NCBI GenBank assembly: GCA_963803875.1
Contig: CAWDOA010000016.1
Location: 619,033 to 683,032, forward strand
Length of the DNA stretch: 64,000 bases
Source of the DNA: an uncultured Acidimicrobiales bacterium
Lineage (GTDB): Bacteria > Actinomycetota > Acidimicrobiia > Acidimicrobiales > SZUA-35
Direction of reading: 5' to 3'
Shown here: positions 19,730-29,208 of the stretch, in pieces
How the letters are laid out: each line of letters opens with the position of its first letter
How positions within the stretch are numbered: position 1 is the first letter of the stretch
Position numbers and translations under genes: made by a program
Notes under the pieces: generated by a model
The model's input: only the letters and a program-made list of their open reading frames with translations
The model's database searches: none
Told to the model about the DNA's origin: nothing

Positions 19730-19865
19730 TCCTCATCTGAGGCATCCATCGCCTCTAATTCGTCTGAGTGGGCACTCTAGGCCTCCCTTCCGACATGCCG
19801 GTCCATTCCGCGAGGTTGATCGGTTCCCTTCGACGGCGCCAGGCTCATGGGCATACGATCGGCTC

Positions 19866-21056
19866 ATGACAAACCTCGCCTCGGTTGGATCTGATCTCCT
19901 GGACGCTGCGAACAGCCTCCAGGACGCAACGATTGAGCTGCGCCGCGCCATCCACGCCGAACCTGAACTCGGACTGCAACTACCCGAGACTCAGAAGAAG
20001 GTGGTGGAGTCACTCACCGGACTCGGTTTGGACATAACGCTGGGGAAGTCCACTACATCGGTTGTGGCCGATCTCGACACTGGCAAACCGGGCCCCACGG
20101 TCCTGCTTCGGGGTGACATGGACGCCCTCCCGCTCACCGAAGACTTCGTCAGCGACTTCCAATCGACACGCGAGGGCGTGATGCACGCCTGCGGACATGA
20201 CACCCACGTAGCGATGCTGGCCAGTGCCGCCCGGCTGCTGAGTGAGAACAAGAACGAGTTCACCGGCAAAGTGCGGTTCATGTTTCAGCCCGGCGAGGAG
20301 GGTTATCACGGGGCGCGGTACATGATTGAAGAGGGCGTGCTCGACGGGGTTGACCGTGCGTTTGCCATCCATGTGGTGTCCAACGTTCCCAACGGACTCA
20401 TCGCCACAAAGGCCGGTCCGATCCTGGCGAGTTCGGACGAGTTCGAGATCACTGTGAGCGGGAAGGGCGGGCATGCCTCGGCCCCCCACGACTGTGTCGA
20501 CCCAATTCCACCGGCCGCCGCGATGGTGGGCGGCTTCCAGACCATCCTCACGCGTGAGCTCGATCCGTCCCAGTCGGCAGTTCTCACCGTCGGTCACATC
20601 ACGGCTGGCACCACCACCAACATCATTCCACCGTCGGCCTTTCTCGAGGGCACGATTCGAACCTTCGACGAGGATGTGCGGGCCACGATCCACGCCGGCG
20701 TGCATCGGGTGGCTTCGACCACGGCCGAGAGCCATCGCTGTTCCTGCACCACCAACATCATTTCCGGGTATCCGGTGACCAGGAACAACCCCGAGCAGGC
20801 CGAATTGACCGGTGAGGTGACCCGGGCGTTGCTGGGTGCCGAGGGCTTCCTCACGATGCCCGATCCGGCCTTTGCCGCCGAGGACTTCAGCTACGTCTTG
20901 AACGAGGTCCCCGGAGCGATGGCCATGCTCGGGGTGTGTCCCGACGACGTGAGCCCGGCCGACGCTGAGCCAAACCACTCGAACCTGATGCGAGTGAACG
21001 AATCAGCGCTCTACTACGGCGTCGGGCTCTATGCCGCTATGGCCATGGTCGGATAG
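19866..21056 (+). CDS. M20 family amidohydrolase (N-acyl-amino-acid / hippurate hydrolase type)
   Basis: LRRAIHAEPELG, LLRGDMDALP, MHACGHDTH, FMFQPGEE, GKGGHASAPH. ATG at 19866 follows non-coding-looking upstream ORF sequence. Confidence 0.85.
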   Translation: MTNLASVGSDLLDAANSLQDATIELRRAIHAEPELGLQLPETQKKVVESLTGLGLDITLGKSTTSVVADLDTGKPGPTVLLRGDMDALPLTEDFVSDFQSTREGVMHACGHDTHVAMLASAARLLSENKNEFTGKVRFMFQPGEEGYHGARYMIEEGVLDGVDRAFAIHVVSNVPNGLIATKAGPILASSDEFEITVSGKGGHASAPHDCVDPIPPAAAMVGGFQTILTRELDPSQSAVLTVGHITAGTTTNIIPPSAFLEGTIRTFDEDVRATIHAGVHRVASTTAESHRCSCTTNIISGYPVTRNNPEQAELTGEVTRALLGAEGFLTMPDPAFAAEDFSYVLNEVPGAMAMLGVCPDDVSPADAEPNHSNLMRVNESALYYGVGLYAAMAMVG

Positions 21057-21064
21057 AGGTCGGA

Positions 21065-21583
21065 GTGAGCGAACCGGACCACACGCCGGCGTTCGACGGA
21101 AGTCAAGGTCGAATCTCCATCGACAACGCGCTACGGACCGCGCAACAGAACACCTTGCAGCTGAGCGCCATGGCCGATCAGAAAGCGAGCGTCGTGCTCG
21201 GTGCCGCGTTCGTGATGGCGACGATCGTGGTCGGGGACCTTGACGGAACCAACGACCTCGTGCAGTTGATGTTGCTGATCACGGCGATCGGATCGGGGGC
21301 AGCAGCCGGTCTGGCGCTGATGCCGGGCTCACAATCCAGAGCAGCGAAGGGTCATCCCAACCCGCTGTTCTTCAACGGTGTCGTGAAGATGACCGAAGCC
21401 GAGTATTTCAGCGAGATGCGGCGGGTCACCAAAGACGATGCGGCGTTGTATCAGGCGATCTGTACCGATCTGTACTTGTCCTCCATCGCTTTGGGGAAAC
21501 GGAAGTTCCCGCTGCTGAGATTCAGTTATCAGTTTTTGATCCTCGGCATGCTGGTGACCTTGGCGACGGCCGTAGTCACCTGA
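21065..21583 (+). CDS. 3-TM protein resembling the DUF5706 / Pycsar-effector domain (tentative)
   Basis: 172 aa. It has N-terminal AMADQKASVVLGAAFVMATIVVG (TM1), a second TM, then NPLFFNGVVKMTEAEYFSEMRRV...LSSIALGKRKFPLLRFSYQFLILGMLV (TM3). The family is assigned from a remembered pattern only. Confidence 0.5.
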   Translation: MSEPDHTPAFDGSQGRISIDNALRTAQQNTLQLSAMADQKASVVLGAAFVMATIVVGDLDGTNDLVQLMLLITAIGSGAAAGLALMPGSQSRAAKGHPNPLFFNGVVKMTEAEYFSEMRRVTKDDAALYQAICTDLYLSSIALGKRKFPLLRFSYQFLILGMLVTLATAVVT

Positions 21584-21625
21584 TCGACATCTTGGGGCAG
21601 ACCGGCGCAGATTTGTGGAGGTGGA

Positions 21626-22738
21626 TTGATCCCCCGCTACTTTCAGCCAATGAGGCGTTCGACACTCGTACTCGCTCTGGTCGTGCTGACCGCGTGCTCC
21701 GGCGGGTCGGATGCATCGGAGCCAACAACAACTACCCGGCCAGCAAGTGCCACGACTTCCACCACCTCGACGTCGGCACCGGCATCGAGCACCACAACGA
21801 CCACCGAGCCAACAACGACGTCCACCGCGGAGGGGCCCTTTGCTTTGCCCGATGATGCTCAGGCCCAGGTGGACATCGTGCAGCTCGATGTGGCGTCGTT
21901 TGGGCCCGGCTATGTCGAGGGTGAGGACGACGACGATGGTGAGCCCCTCTGTGAGGGTGTTGAGGGTCTGCTGACTGCGTTCCCGTCCCAGGCCGAGAGT
22001 GAACTGTCGATCGAAGGTGATCACCTCTTCTTCTCCAACATCGCGGTGTATGCAACGGCCGAAGAGGCCGTGGAGGCATTCCAATATCTGGACGGTGCGT
22101 ACAAGACATGTGATGGTCGGACTCGCACGCAAGACGACACCGAGATCCTGCTCACCGCCATCCCGTTCACCCCACCATCAATTCTGGGAACCGACCGACT
22201 TGCTGGGCTCGCCCTCGAGCAGACCACACCCGAGCTGTCTCTTCTGGTGCAAACCAGAATCATTGCGGCCGACCGCTTGCTGATGTTTGTCGGGGGCACG
22301 GATCCCGATGTTGTGCAGGAGATGGCTGACGTTCTGGTGAGCCGAACCAGGCTGCCAGCCGAACCGGTGACGTTCGAACCCGTGGGTGGCGTGGCCATCG
22401 GCCCCGGTTACACCAATCCCTTCTACTACTCCTTCGACGCCGGCCCCGGCGAGTTGCGGTCGCTCAGCCTTAGCGATGGCGCGCTCCGATGGTTGAACGA
22501 AAACAGCGACGACCGCGTAGACGAAGTCGCCAGCACCACCTGTGTCATCACCCAAGAACTCAATCCTGGCGACTCAGCCGAGGCCGTGGACGCCGCCTTG
22601 CTGGGTGCGTTCAGCGACTCCGATCGCACCACATTCGCGCCCGAAGAACTCGGCGAGGTGTACGGCGCGGCCAACGCCATCTACTGTCCGGGCCTGAGCG
22701 AGTATCTGGTCGAGGTTCTCAACGCCATCCCTGGGTAG
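21626..22738 (+). CDS. lipoprotein with Thr/Ser-rich linker, function unknown
   Basis: Signal peptide MRRSTLVLALVVLTAC with lipobox LTAC, then TTTRPASATTSTTSTSAPASSTTTTTEPTTTST, then a ~300-aa domain. Confidence 0.7.
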   Translation: MIPRYFQPMRRSTLVLALVVLTACSGGSDASEPTTTTRPASATTSTTSTSAPASSTTTTTEPTTTSTAEGPFALPDDAQAQVDIVQLDVASFGPGYVEGEDDDDGEPLCEGVEGLLTAFPSQAESELSIEGDHLFFSNIAVYATAEEAVEAFQYLDGAYKTCDGRTRTQDDTEILLTAIPFTPPSILGTDRLAGLALEQTTPELSLLVQTRIIAADRLLMFVGGTDPDVVQEMADVLVSRTRLPAEPVTFEPVGGVAIGPGYTNPFYYSFDAGPGELRSLSLSDGALRWLNENSDDRVDEVASTTCVITQELNPGDSAEAVDAALLGAFSDSDRTTFAPEELGEVYGAANAIYCPGLSEYLVEVLNAIPG

Positions 22739-22750
22739 CTCCGCTATAGG

Positions 22751-23278
22751 GTGAGGTTCGTGGCCACACCTCCCCCCGAATCCGAACGTGAGATTCTCGA
22801 CTGGGCAACCTACGGGGTGGCGATACGGGAACTGGCTCAGACCGTGGCCGACGACGGATTCGCTCCCGACATGATTCTTGCAATCGCCCGGGGCGGTCTG
22901 TTCGCCGCTGGCTCCCTCGGCTACGCACTGTCGGTGAAGAATCTGTACGTGATGAATCTCGAGTTCTACGCCGGCGTCGACGAGCGGCTGGACATGCCGG
23001 TCATGTTGCCTCCGTACATGGACAAGGTCGACCTCACGGGAGCCAAAGTGCTGGTGGCCGACGACGTCGCCGACACCGGCCATACCTTGAAGGCGGTTCA
23101 CGAGTTCAGTCAGGATGTCGTCGCCGAGTCGAGAACTGCGGTTCTGTACGAAAAGCCGCACTCGCTCGTGAAATGTGACTACGTGTGGAAACGAACCGAC
23201 CGCTGGATCAACTTCCCGTGGTCCACCGAGCCCCCCGTCGCGGAACCGAGCGTCGGTGGCGTCGTCTTCGATGCCTGA
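22751..23278 (+). CDS. phosphoribosyltransferase (purine PRT-like)
   Basis: PRPP-binding motif VLVADDVADTGHTL and RGGLFAAGSLGY. 175 aa with a GTG start. Confidence 0.8.
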   Translation: MRFVATPPPESEREILDWATYGVAIRELAQTVADDGFAPDMILAIARGGLFAAGSLGYALSVKNLYVMNLEFYAGVDERLDMPVMLPPYMDKVDLTGAKVLVADDVADTGHTLKAVHEFSQDVVAESRTAVLYEKPHSLVKCDYVWKRTDRWINFPWSTEPPVAEPSVGGVVFDA

Positions 23279-23281
23279 GCC

Positions 23282-24085
23282 ATGGTGCTAGGACAGCTGA
23301 ACACCAGCTCAACCGAACTGGGAATACCAGTTCTCATCGCCAGCCTGGTCCTGGTAGCGCTCTCGGTCGGTCTGGCCCGGTGGCTCAGGCTCGGGGTCAC
23401 AAGGGAGATCGTGATCTCAGCGGTGCGGGCGGCGGTGCAGCTGCTCGCAGTTGGTTTCATCCTCACGAGCCTGTTCTCGTCGTCGGCGGCAACACTTGCC
23501 GCTCTCGGATGGATAGTGGTGATGGTCGCTATCGCTGCGTTCGTCATCGGACGGCGAGCCAAGGCGCCAAGCCGCAGCCTCTATGTGGTGGCGGGTTCGA
23601 TGGTCGGGTTCACAACGCTCCTCAGTTTGGTGGTGGTGTTCGTCAGCGGGGTGTTCGAGTGGTCACCCGTCGCAGGGGTGGTGATGGCGGGGATCACTAT
23701 CGGAAACGCGATGCCGTCGGCTGTCCTGGGAGTGAACCTGGCGGTGCAGGCGCATCGCGACGGGCGGGGCGAGTTGGAGGCACTGCTGTCGCTGGGGATG
23801 AACCGATCCCAGATCGTGCGCTTCATGGCGCCAACCCCGGCGCGCAACGCCCTGGTACCTCAGATCGAACGAACCAAGGTCGTTGGTCTCATCGCTCTTC
23901 CCGGAGCGATGACAGGGCTGCTGCTCGCCGGCGTCGATCCGGTAGATGCTGTGCTGATCCAAATCCTCGTGATGTATCTCGTGCTCGGCGCTACCGCCCT
24001 GTGCGCCATCACCACCGTCTCAGCGGTGAGCCGGAGCGCCATAACCGACACGCTCGTGGTCGCTCCCTGGGTCACTGAGGACTGA
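23282..24085 (+). CDS. ABC-type permease of the FetB/YbbM (UPF0014) family
   Basis: 267 aa, about 7 TM segments, with AVRAAVQLLAVGFIL and ALPGAMTGLLLAG. No cognate ATPase gene is adjacent. Confidence 0.7.
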   Translation: MVLGQLNTSSTELGIPVLIASLVLVALSVGLARWLRLGVTREIVISAVRAAVQLLAVGFILTSLFSSSAATLAALGWIVVMVAIAAFVIGRRAKAPSRSLYVVAGSMVGFTTLLSLVVVFVSGVFEWSPVAGVVMAGITIGNAMPSAVLGVNLAVQAHRDGRGELEALLSLGMNRSQIVRFMAPTPARNALVPQIERTKVVGLIALPGAMTGLLLAGVDPVDAVLIQILVMYLVLGATALCAITTVSAVSRSAITDTLVVAPWVTED

Positions 24086-24105
24086 GTTCGACGTTTGAAA
24101 ACGAG

Positions 24106-24135
24106 CTGGGCCCCTCCCGTTCGGGAGGGGCCCAG
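24106..24135. terminator. bidirectional stem-loop terminator between convergent genes
   Basis: Perfect 13-bp stem CTGGGCCCCTCCC / GGGAGGGGCCCAG with loop GTTC. Confidence 0.7.
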
Positions 24136-24159
24136 TGAGGCTTCCTATCGGGGCGAGAT

Positions 24160-24498
24160 CTAGTCTTCGTCTTGCAGCTCAGTGGCTGCCAGACCTTTGT
24201 CGATGACCCGCTGCCGTTCGGCCTCGCGCTCTTTGCGGGCTGCGGTGCGCCGCTTCCACGCTTTCACCTTCCAGTGTTTCTTCTTCTTTTTCTTGGGGGC
24301 GGTCCTGGGCGGATGGTCGAACTTGGGAACACTGAACACTGCGTCTTCGGGATCCTCCACGCTGTGTAGCTCCTCATGGAGCTGGTGCCGTACCTTCCGG
24401 TGCTCCTTGACCCGGATCGACTTGTCCGGCCGAAGGTCTGCCTCATCGGCTTTCGCAGGGGCTAGGAGGCTTCCGTCCTTACGGTGGCGTGCACTCAC
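24160..24498 (-). CDS. hypothetical highly basic protein (Lys/Arg-rich, KKKKKK run)
   Basis: 112-aa ORF with a GTG start and GGAG 10 nt upstream. Composition suggests nucleic-acid binding. No family recognised. Confidence 0.5.
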   Translation of the reverse strand: MSARHRKDGSLLAPAKADEADLRPDKSIRVKEHRKVRHQLHEELHSVEDPEDAVFSVPKFDHPPRTAPKKKKKKHWKVKAWKRRTAARKEREAERQRVIDKGLAATELQDED

Positions 24499-24734
24499 GT
24501 TTCATGGCTCCTTTCTCATCCGGGCAGCGCCGGACACTCAGGTCCTGGCTCTGGCATTCAGGGCCAGGAAACACCACGAGCTAGCTATCGCTAGCCCGTA
24601 GCCCACCTTCCCACACCGGAGGACCCCTGTCCATGAGGCTCACGAACCAATTCCGAACTAGAGGCAGAAGTCCTGATCAGCTTGTTGAAGGATGAGAAGC
24701 TGCAACTGCGTACGTGGATTCGCGTGAGTGGAGC

Positions 24735-25640
24735 TCAGCCGAGGTGCTGCGACCGCACCTTTTGGGTCGTCTCAACGGTCAACTGTCCGCCCTCCAGATC
24801 GAGAATCTTGATGGCTGGATGGATCCTGAGCAGCGACCGGACTCGCTCCAGGTTCACTGCCACCTGCGATCTGGTGGCTTGACACACGGGGCAAACACCG
24901 AGTCGGCGGCGCCAGGGTGACTGTTGACCCGAGTATCGGGTGACCCGCGAACCACACACCAGGCAGCGGCGTCGATCGTTGGGCAGAATCCAGTGCTCGG
25001 CCCGCACACGCGACTGCCCGGTTGTTCGTTGGGGTCCGAGGTGGGCGTTGGTTCGGATCAGCGCAGCACCCACTGCAACAACCCGTTCGAGATCGGTGAT
25101 CGATTCCACCGGCTGGAATGGGCTGATTCCGCAAATGAAGGGAGTCTCGACCGCGTAGATGTTGCCGAAGCCGGCAATAAGTCGCTGATCGAGTAGCGCT
25201 TCGCCCAAAGGCCGGGTTCGGGCGGTACCCAATCGCTTCACGGCCTCGGGGTGGTTGTAGTCTCCGCACAGGTCAGGTCCGAGGTGGGCCACTGCGCGTT
25301 GTTCATCCCTGGTCTTGACGATCTCCACTTTGGGAACGTCGATGCCGGTGATCGCTCCGGTCTGCAGTTCGATCTCGAATCGCCGCCGCCATTCAGGAAC
25401 GTCGTTGGCCCGCCCGAACCGAACTCGGCCCTGCATCAGCATGTGGGCATGCAGCGTGCGGCCGTCACTGAAACGGATGAGCAGGTGCTTGCCCCGAGCA
25501 TCGGCGCTGTCGATGATCGTGTCGGCGAGGTTGGTGAGAGCGAGGGAAGGGTGACGAAAGACGCTGGCCTGGACCTGCTGGCCTACGAATCGGTGCTCGA
25601 TGGCGTTTGCCATTCGCCGAATTGTGTCGCCCTCAGGCAT
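24735..25640 (-). CDS. nei: Fpg/Nei family DNA glycosylase (endonuclease VIII-like)
   Basis: N-terminal MPEGDT, H2TH LLDQRLIAGFGNIYAVE and zinc finger CLVCG...CPVCQ. There is a ~45-aa C-terminal extension. Confidence 0.8.
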   Translation of the reverse strand: MPEGDTIRRMANAIEHRFVGQQVQASVFRHPSLALTNLADTIIDSADARGKHLLIRFSDGRTLHAHMLMQGRVRFGRANDVPEWRRRFEIELQTGAITGIDVPKVEIVKTRDEQRAVAHLGPDLCGDYNHPEAVKRLGTARTRPLGEALLDQRLIAGFGNIYAVETPFICGISPFQPVESITDLERVVAVGAALIRTNAHLGPQRTTGQSRVRAEHWILPNDRRRCLVCGSRVTRYSGQQSPWRRRLGVCPVCQATRSQVAVNLERVRSLLRIHPAIKILDLEGGQLTVETTQKVRSQHLG

Positions 25641-25642
25641 CG

Positions 25643-26482
25643 CTACACATGAGCTGCCACCGAGAGCGCACGGGGGACGACCTCCACCGTCACAGGCCCG
25701 GTGCGGGGCAGCTTTTCCCCATCGGCCCACCACGCCGCCTCGGTTTCGATATCCACACGGTGGAACCGAAGCTGGTGGACCTTTCGGCTTCGTACATGCT
25801 GGCCCACAAAGGCCGCCGGCAGCACGGCGGCGAGGTGGATTGGGCCCACCGGGTCAACGACGATGATCTCGCCTACGCCGTCGGTGGGATCGGCGGTGGG
25901 ACAGATGGCCATGCCGCCACCGAAGAACCGCGTGTTTCCGATGGCCAGAAGCGAGAACCGTTCGTGATCTGAAAGCCCGGAAACCGAAGCGCTGCCCAGA
26001 TGTGGGAGGCAGCGAAGGGTTGCCACCGTGTATTTCAGTTGGCCCCCAGCCCACCCAATCGTATTGGCGATCTCGTTGACGGTCCCCGAAAACCCTGCCG
26101 TCAGCACACTGACTACGAACGACTCTCCGTGGTCATCAGAGATCCTGATGAGGTCCATGGGGGTCGGATCCTCGAGCGAGCGGCGTACTGCCTTGTGAAT
26201 TGATCGTGGGACGTTGAGGGCCCGAGCGATGTCGTTGCCGGTTCCAGCCGGAATGATCCCGAATGCAACGGTGGTCATGGCGATCGACTGGACCGCATGA
26301 TGGATCATCCCGTCCCCACCAGAGACGATCAGACGTTCGATATCGTCGCGGTCGAGCAATTCAGCCACATGGTGCGACGAGTCTGATACCAGTGGTTCCA
26401 CATCGCAGCCCGATTCGGTGAGCAGGGTGATGGTTCGGTCGATCTTGGGATGCTGGCGCTTGTGGAGGAGGTGAACTCGCAT
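25643..26482 (-). CDS. diacylglycerol/lipid kinase family protein (YegS/BmrU-like)
   Basis: VSGGDGMIHHAV and GIIPAGTGNDIARAL. Confidence 0.85.
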   Translation of the reverse strand: MRVHLLHKRQHPKIDRTITLLTESGCDVEPLVSDSSHHVAELLDRDDIERLIVSGGDGMIHHAVQSIAMTTVAFGIIPAGTGNDIARALNVPRSIHKAVRRSLEDPTPMDLIRISDDHGESFVVSVLTAGFSGTVNEIANTIGWAGGQLKYTVATLRCLPHLGSASVSGLSDHERFSLLAIGNTRFFGGGMAICPTADPTDGVGEIIVVDPVGPIHLAAVLPAAFVGQHVRSRKVHQLRFHRVDIETEAAWWADGEKLPRTGPVTVEVVPRALSVAAHV

Positions 26483-26889
26483 CAGTCGCGATCGGCCCGA
26501 TAGTTGCGTTCAGCCTTGCGCTGAGATCGTTCTCGTTTGGCCCGAAGGCGCCGCTCCTTGGCCCCTCGTCCCGGTTTGGTGGGAGTCCTTTTCGGTTGAG
26601 GACGAAGCGCCCGTGCGGCTCGTTCGGCCAGTCGGTCCAGAGCAATCTCTCGGTTTCGAGCCTGAGAACGGGTGTCGTCGGCGGCCACCCGAATTCGTGG
26701 TCCGAACTCCCGTTCCAGTGCGCTCCGCTGGGGACCGCTCAATACCGCACTGGTAGCAATCTCGAACACAACCTCGGCCCGGGTGTTGGCCGTGTTGGCA
26801 TGTTGGCCACCGGGTCCGCCCGAGGGACCGAATCGCCAGATCAGCTCGGTATCCGGGATGGACAACCGATCGTTGATGTTCAGCGGCAT
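26482..26889 (-). CDS. arfB: alternative ribosome-rescue factor ArfB (class I release-factor domain protein)
   Basis: SGGPGGQHANT (GGQ motif) and a basic C-terminal tail KRTPTKPGRGAKERRLRAKRERSQRK. Confidence 0.85.
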   Translation of the reverse strand: MPLNINDRLSIPDTELIWRFGPSGGPGGQHANTANTRAEVVFEIATSAVLSGPQRSALEREFGPRIRVAADDTRSQARNREIALDRLAERAARALRPQPKRTPTKPGRGAKERRLRAKRERSQRKAERNYRADRD

Positions 26890-26935
26890 CGCGCGACTTC
26901 GAACTTTGTGCGGAGGCACCGTCGATCGGGTCGGT

Positions 26936-27589
26936 TCAGCTCAGCTTCCATGGCTCATCGCCTCCGAAGATCAGGTCGACGTCGGCGTCGGGATCGGGGC
27001 GTGTTGGGCGAGGTTCGGCCAGGAGCCTTGAGGCCACGACACCGGCGACGAAGCCGGAAAGGTGACCTTCCCACGACACCGAATCCTGGGGAACAAGACC
27101 CACGATCACCGTTGTGGTGTACATCACCAACGCCACGAGGGCCGGCGCAAACGCCGCCGGGCGTCGTTCGAAGAAGGCCGCACCGAACAGTGCACCGAAG
27201 TAGGTGAACACGATGCCGCTGGCCCCGATGTGGTTGCCCGTACCGCCGATCAGCCAGGTGAGCAGACCGCCGAGGAACATCCCGATCAGAGTGATGGTGA
27301 CCCAACGCTGGAACCCCCGCAGCATGATCAGCCCCGACAGGATCAGGAACGGGAACGTGTTCGACATCAGGTGCCCGAAGTCGCTGTGAAGGAATGGTGA
27401 CCACAGAATTCCGTCGAAGCCCCGGGTTTGTCGGGGGACGATTCCATTGCTCTGGAGCCTGTCGTCGAGGAGATATGTGTCGAGGATCTCGATCGCCCAC
27501 CACAGCGCGACGATTGCAACCAAGCTGATGACCGCCGTGGCAACGGTTGATGACCAGCGGCTTCTCTTCTGATGCGACTCGGTATTCAT
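26936..27589 (-). CDS. rhomboid family intramembrane serine protease
   Basis: WSPFLHSDFGHLMSN, GASGIVF (catalytic Ser) and HLSGFVAG (catalytic His). 6 TM segments. Confidence 0.85.
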   Translation of the reverse strand: MNTESHQKRSRWSSTVATAVISLVAIVALWWAIEILDTYLLDDRLQSNGIVPRQTRGFDGILWSPFLHSDFGHLMSNTFPFLILSGLIMLRGFQRWVTITLIGMFLGGLLTWLIGGTGNHIGASGIVFTYFGALFGAAFFERRPAAFAPALVALVMYTTTVIVGLVPQDSVSWEGHLSGFVAGVVASRLLAEPRPTRPDPDADVDLIFGGDEPWKLS

Positions 27590-27851
27590 TTCAAGGTCAA
27601 GGGTAGGGCACGGCGTGGCCTACCCGAATGCGCCATCGTCACGAGCCATTGTCCGCCGTGAATGGGCCGAATTGCACTCGCATCGTGTGCTCCGTGGTGG
27701 TCATCTACCTGTCGCGTCGATCAAGTGGCTGAAGTCACATGGTGTCAAGCTGAGCGGATCGCTCAGGGAGAGTTCGTGGCAACCGCCAACAAAAACGGGC
27801 ATTCTGAAGGTTGAAACCACAAGGACAAGGCGACGCCATGGAGGTGAAACG

Positions 27852-28328
27852 ATGAGCGGGTTCCGACGAACCGAAGTATTCGTTGTCTTCCTGGTCGCCG
27901 TGCTTGCCGTCGGCCTTCTGCTGGTTGGCCTCAATCGCGATCGGACCGTCGTCGATGCGAAACCGGAGCGCACACCTTCGACCAGTTCCGCCTCGTTGTC
28001 ATCGACGACCAACACAACCCCGGCACTGATCACCGCCCCGACCACCGCTGCGTCAGTGGCCCGACAACCAACCGCTGCGCCCACAACAACTGCGCCCACA
28101 ACCGCGGCGCCCACAACCGCTGCGCCCACAACCGCTGCGCCCACAACCGCGGCGCCCACAACCGCGGCGCCCACAACCGCTGCGCCCACAACCGCTGCGC
28201 CGACGACACAGAGGAAGCGGACGACTACCACTAGGCGGCGCCCGCCCACCACCAGGCCGCCCACCACCGCCCCGCCCACGCAGCCGCCGCGGACGTTCCC
28301 CCCTCCAACCTGGACGGTGGCACCCTAG
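27852..28328 (+). CDS. membrane-anchored Pro/Thr/Ala-rich repeat protein
   Basis: GGAGGTG upstream of the ATG. N-terminal TM VFVVFLVAVLAVGLLLVGL, then (APTTA)n and a Pro/Thr/Arg tail. Confidence 0.6.
   Translation: MSGFRRTEVFVVFLVAVLAVGLLLVGLNRDRTVVDAKPERTPSTSSASLSSTTNTTPALITAPTTAASVARQPTAAPTTTAPTTAAPTTAAPTTAAPTTAAPTTAAPTTAAPTTAAPTTQRKRTTTTRRRPPTTRPPTTAPPTQPPRTFPPPTWTVAP
28077..28211 (+). repeat. 15-bp in-frame tandem repeat (~9 units) encoding APTTA
   Basis: GCGCCCACAACCGC(T/G) iterated. The first and last units are degenerate. Confidence 0.9.
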
Positions 28329-28337
28329 GGGAGCGCT

Positions 28338-29096
28338 CTAGCTGAGATCGTCGTCGGCAATGCAGGTGACGCTGCCATCACCAACCGACATCTCCACGCC
28401 ATCACCCATGTAGATGGGCTCGGGGTCGGAAAAGGTCGGGTCGCCATCGATCCGCACGCTCAATTGAGCCGGGTCAGCACCCTGGTCGATGAACTGCTGT
28501 CGGTAGGCGTTCGTGATCAAGCCCTGGGTCACGGTGTATGCCGTCCTCATACAGGAACTCGAGCCGATGACGTTCTGGCTATAGGCGTACGCTGTCGGAG
28601 TCAGTCCCAGGTCGTCGCTCACCCACGGGAACACGTCCGTGGCCTTGCCCAGCAGCCCCTTGGACACAGTGACCGAAGCTGCCGTTTCCACCGTGTTCAC
28701 ACGGGGTCGGACAAACTTGATCGACTCGGCAGGAATGACGATTTCGGTCGTTCCATCGGATCGGCGGAGCACCTTGGCCGAACCCCCATCGACACAGGTA
28801 TCCACATCGCCGATGGCCACCATGTCGATGGTGTCCGTGCGATAGACCTGGTCGAACAGTGCGTGTTCGCGCCGCCCCGAAATGGGGACTTCGGCGTGAA
28901 CCCGGGCTCGGCAGTCCAACATGATCGGCTCGACATCCACGATCCGAGCCTCGCTGGGAAGGATGAGCTCAACCTGCACTTCGTTCACCTCTGGGATGAT
29001 GTTCCACGGCCAGGTGAAGGACAGCGAATCGGTTGTGGCGATCAACACAACCACGCCGATGATCCCGACGGCCACCCCCGCAAGCACTCGCTTCAT
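28338..29096 (-). CDS. hypothetical membrane-anchored (N-terminal TM) protein
   Basis: 252-aa ORF with MKRVLAGVAVGIIGVVVLIATT, then a soluble domain. No family recognised. Confidence 0.6.
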   Translation of the reverse strand: MKRVLAGVAVGIIGVVVLIATTDSLSFTWPWNIIPEVNEVQVELILPSEARIVDVEPIMLDCRARVHAEVPISGRREHALFDQVYRTDTIDMVAIGDVDTCVDGGSAKVLRRSDGTTEIVIPAESIKFVRPRVNTVETAASVTVSKGLLGKATDVFPWVSDDLGLTPTAYAYSQNVIGSSSCMRTAYTVTQGLITNAYRQQFIDQGADPAQLSVRIDGDPTFSDPEPIYMGDGVEMSVGDGSVTCIADDDLS

Positions 29097-29208
29097 AGTT
29101 CATTCATCCTTGTTCATCTTTCAGACGGCCATATCGGCAGAAAGTCGCGTTGCGCCTTAGTGGAGTTCTCCGATCTTGGCACGGTCGATACCCTGTCGTT
29201 CGGTCACC

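Noticed and set aside
21065-21583. A complete Pycsar antiphage system
   Set aside because: Only an effector-like membrane protein is present. No nucleotide cyclase or other defence gene is adjacent.
24499-24734. Known riboswitch or sRNA in the 236-nt leader of the basic-protein gene (hairpins GCTAGC-GATA-GCTAGC and CCTGGC...GCCAGG)
   Set aside because: The short hairpins do not match any regulatory RNA consensus I can recall, so this is not reportable as a feature without a covariance-model search.
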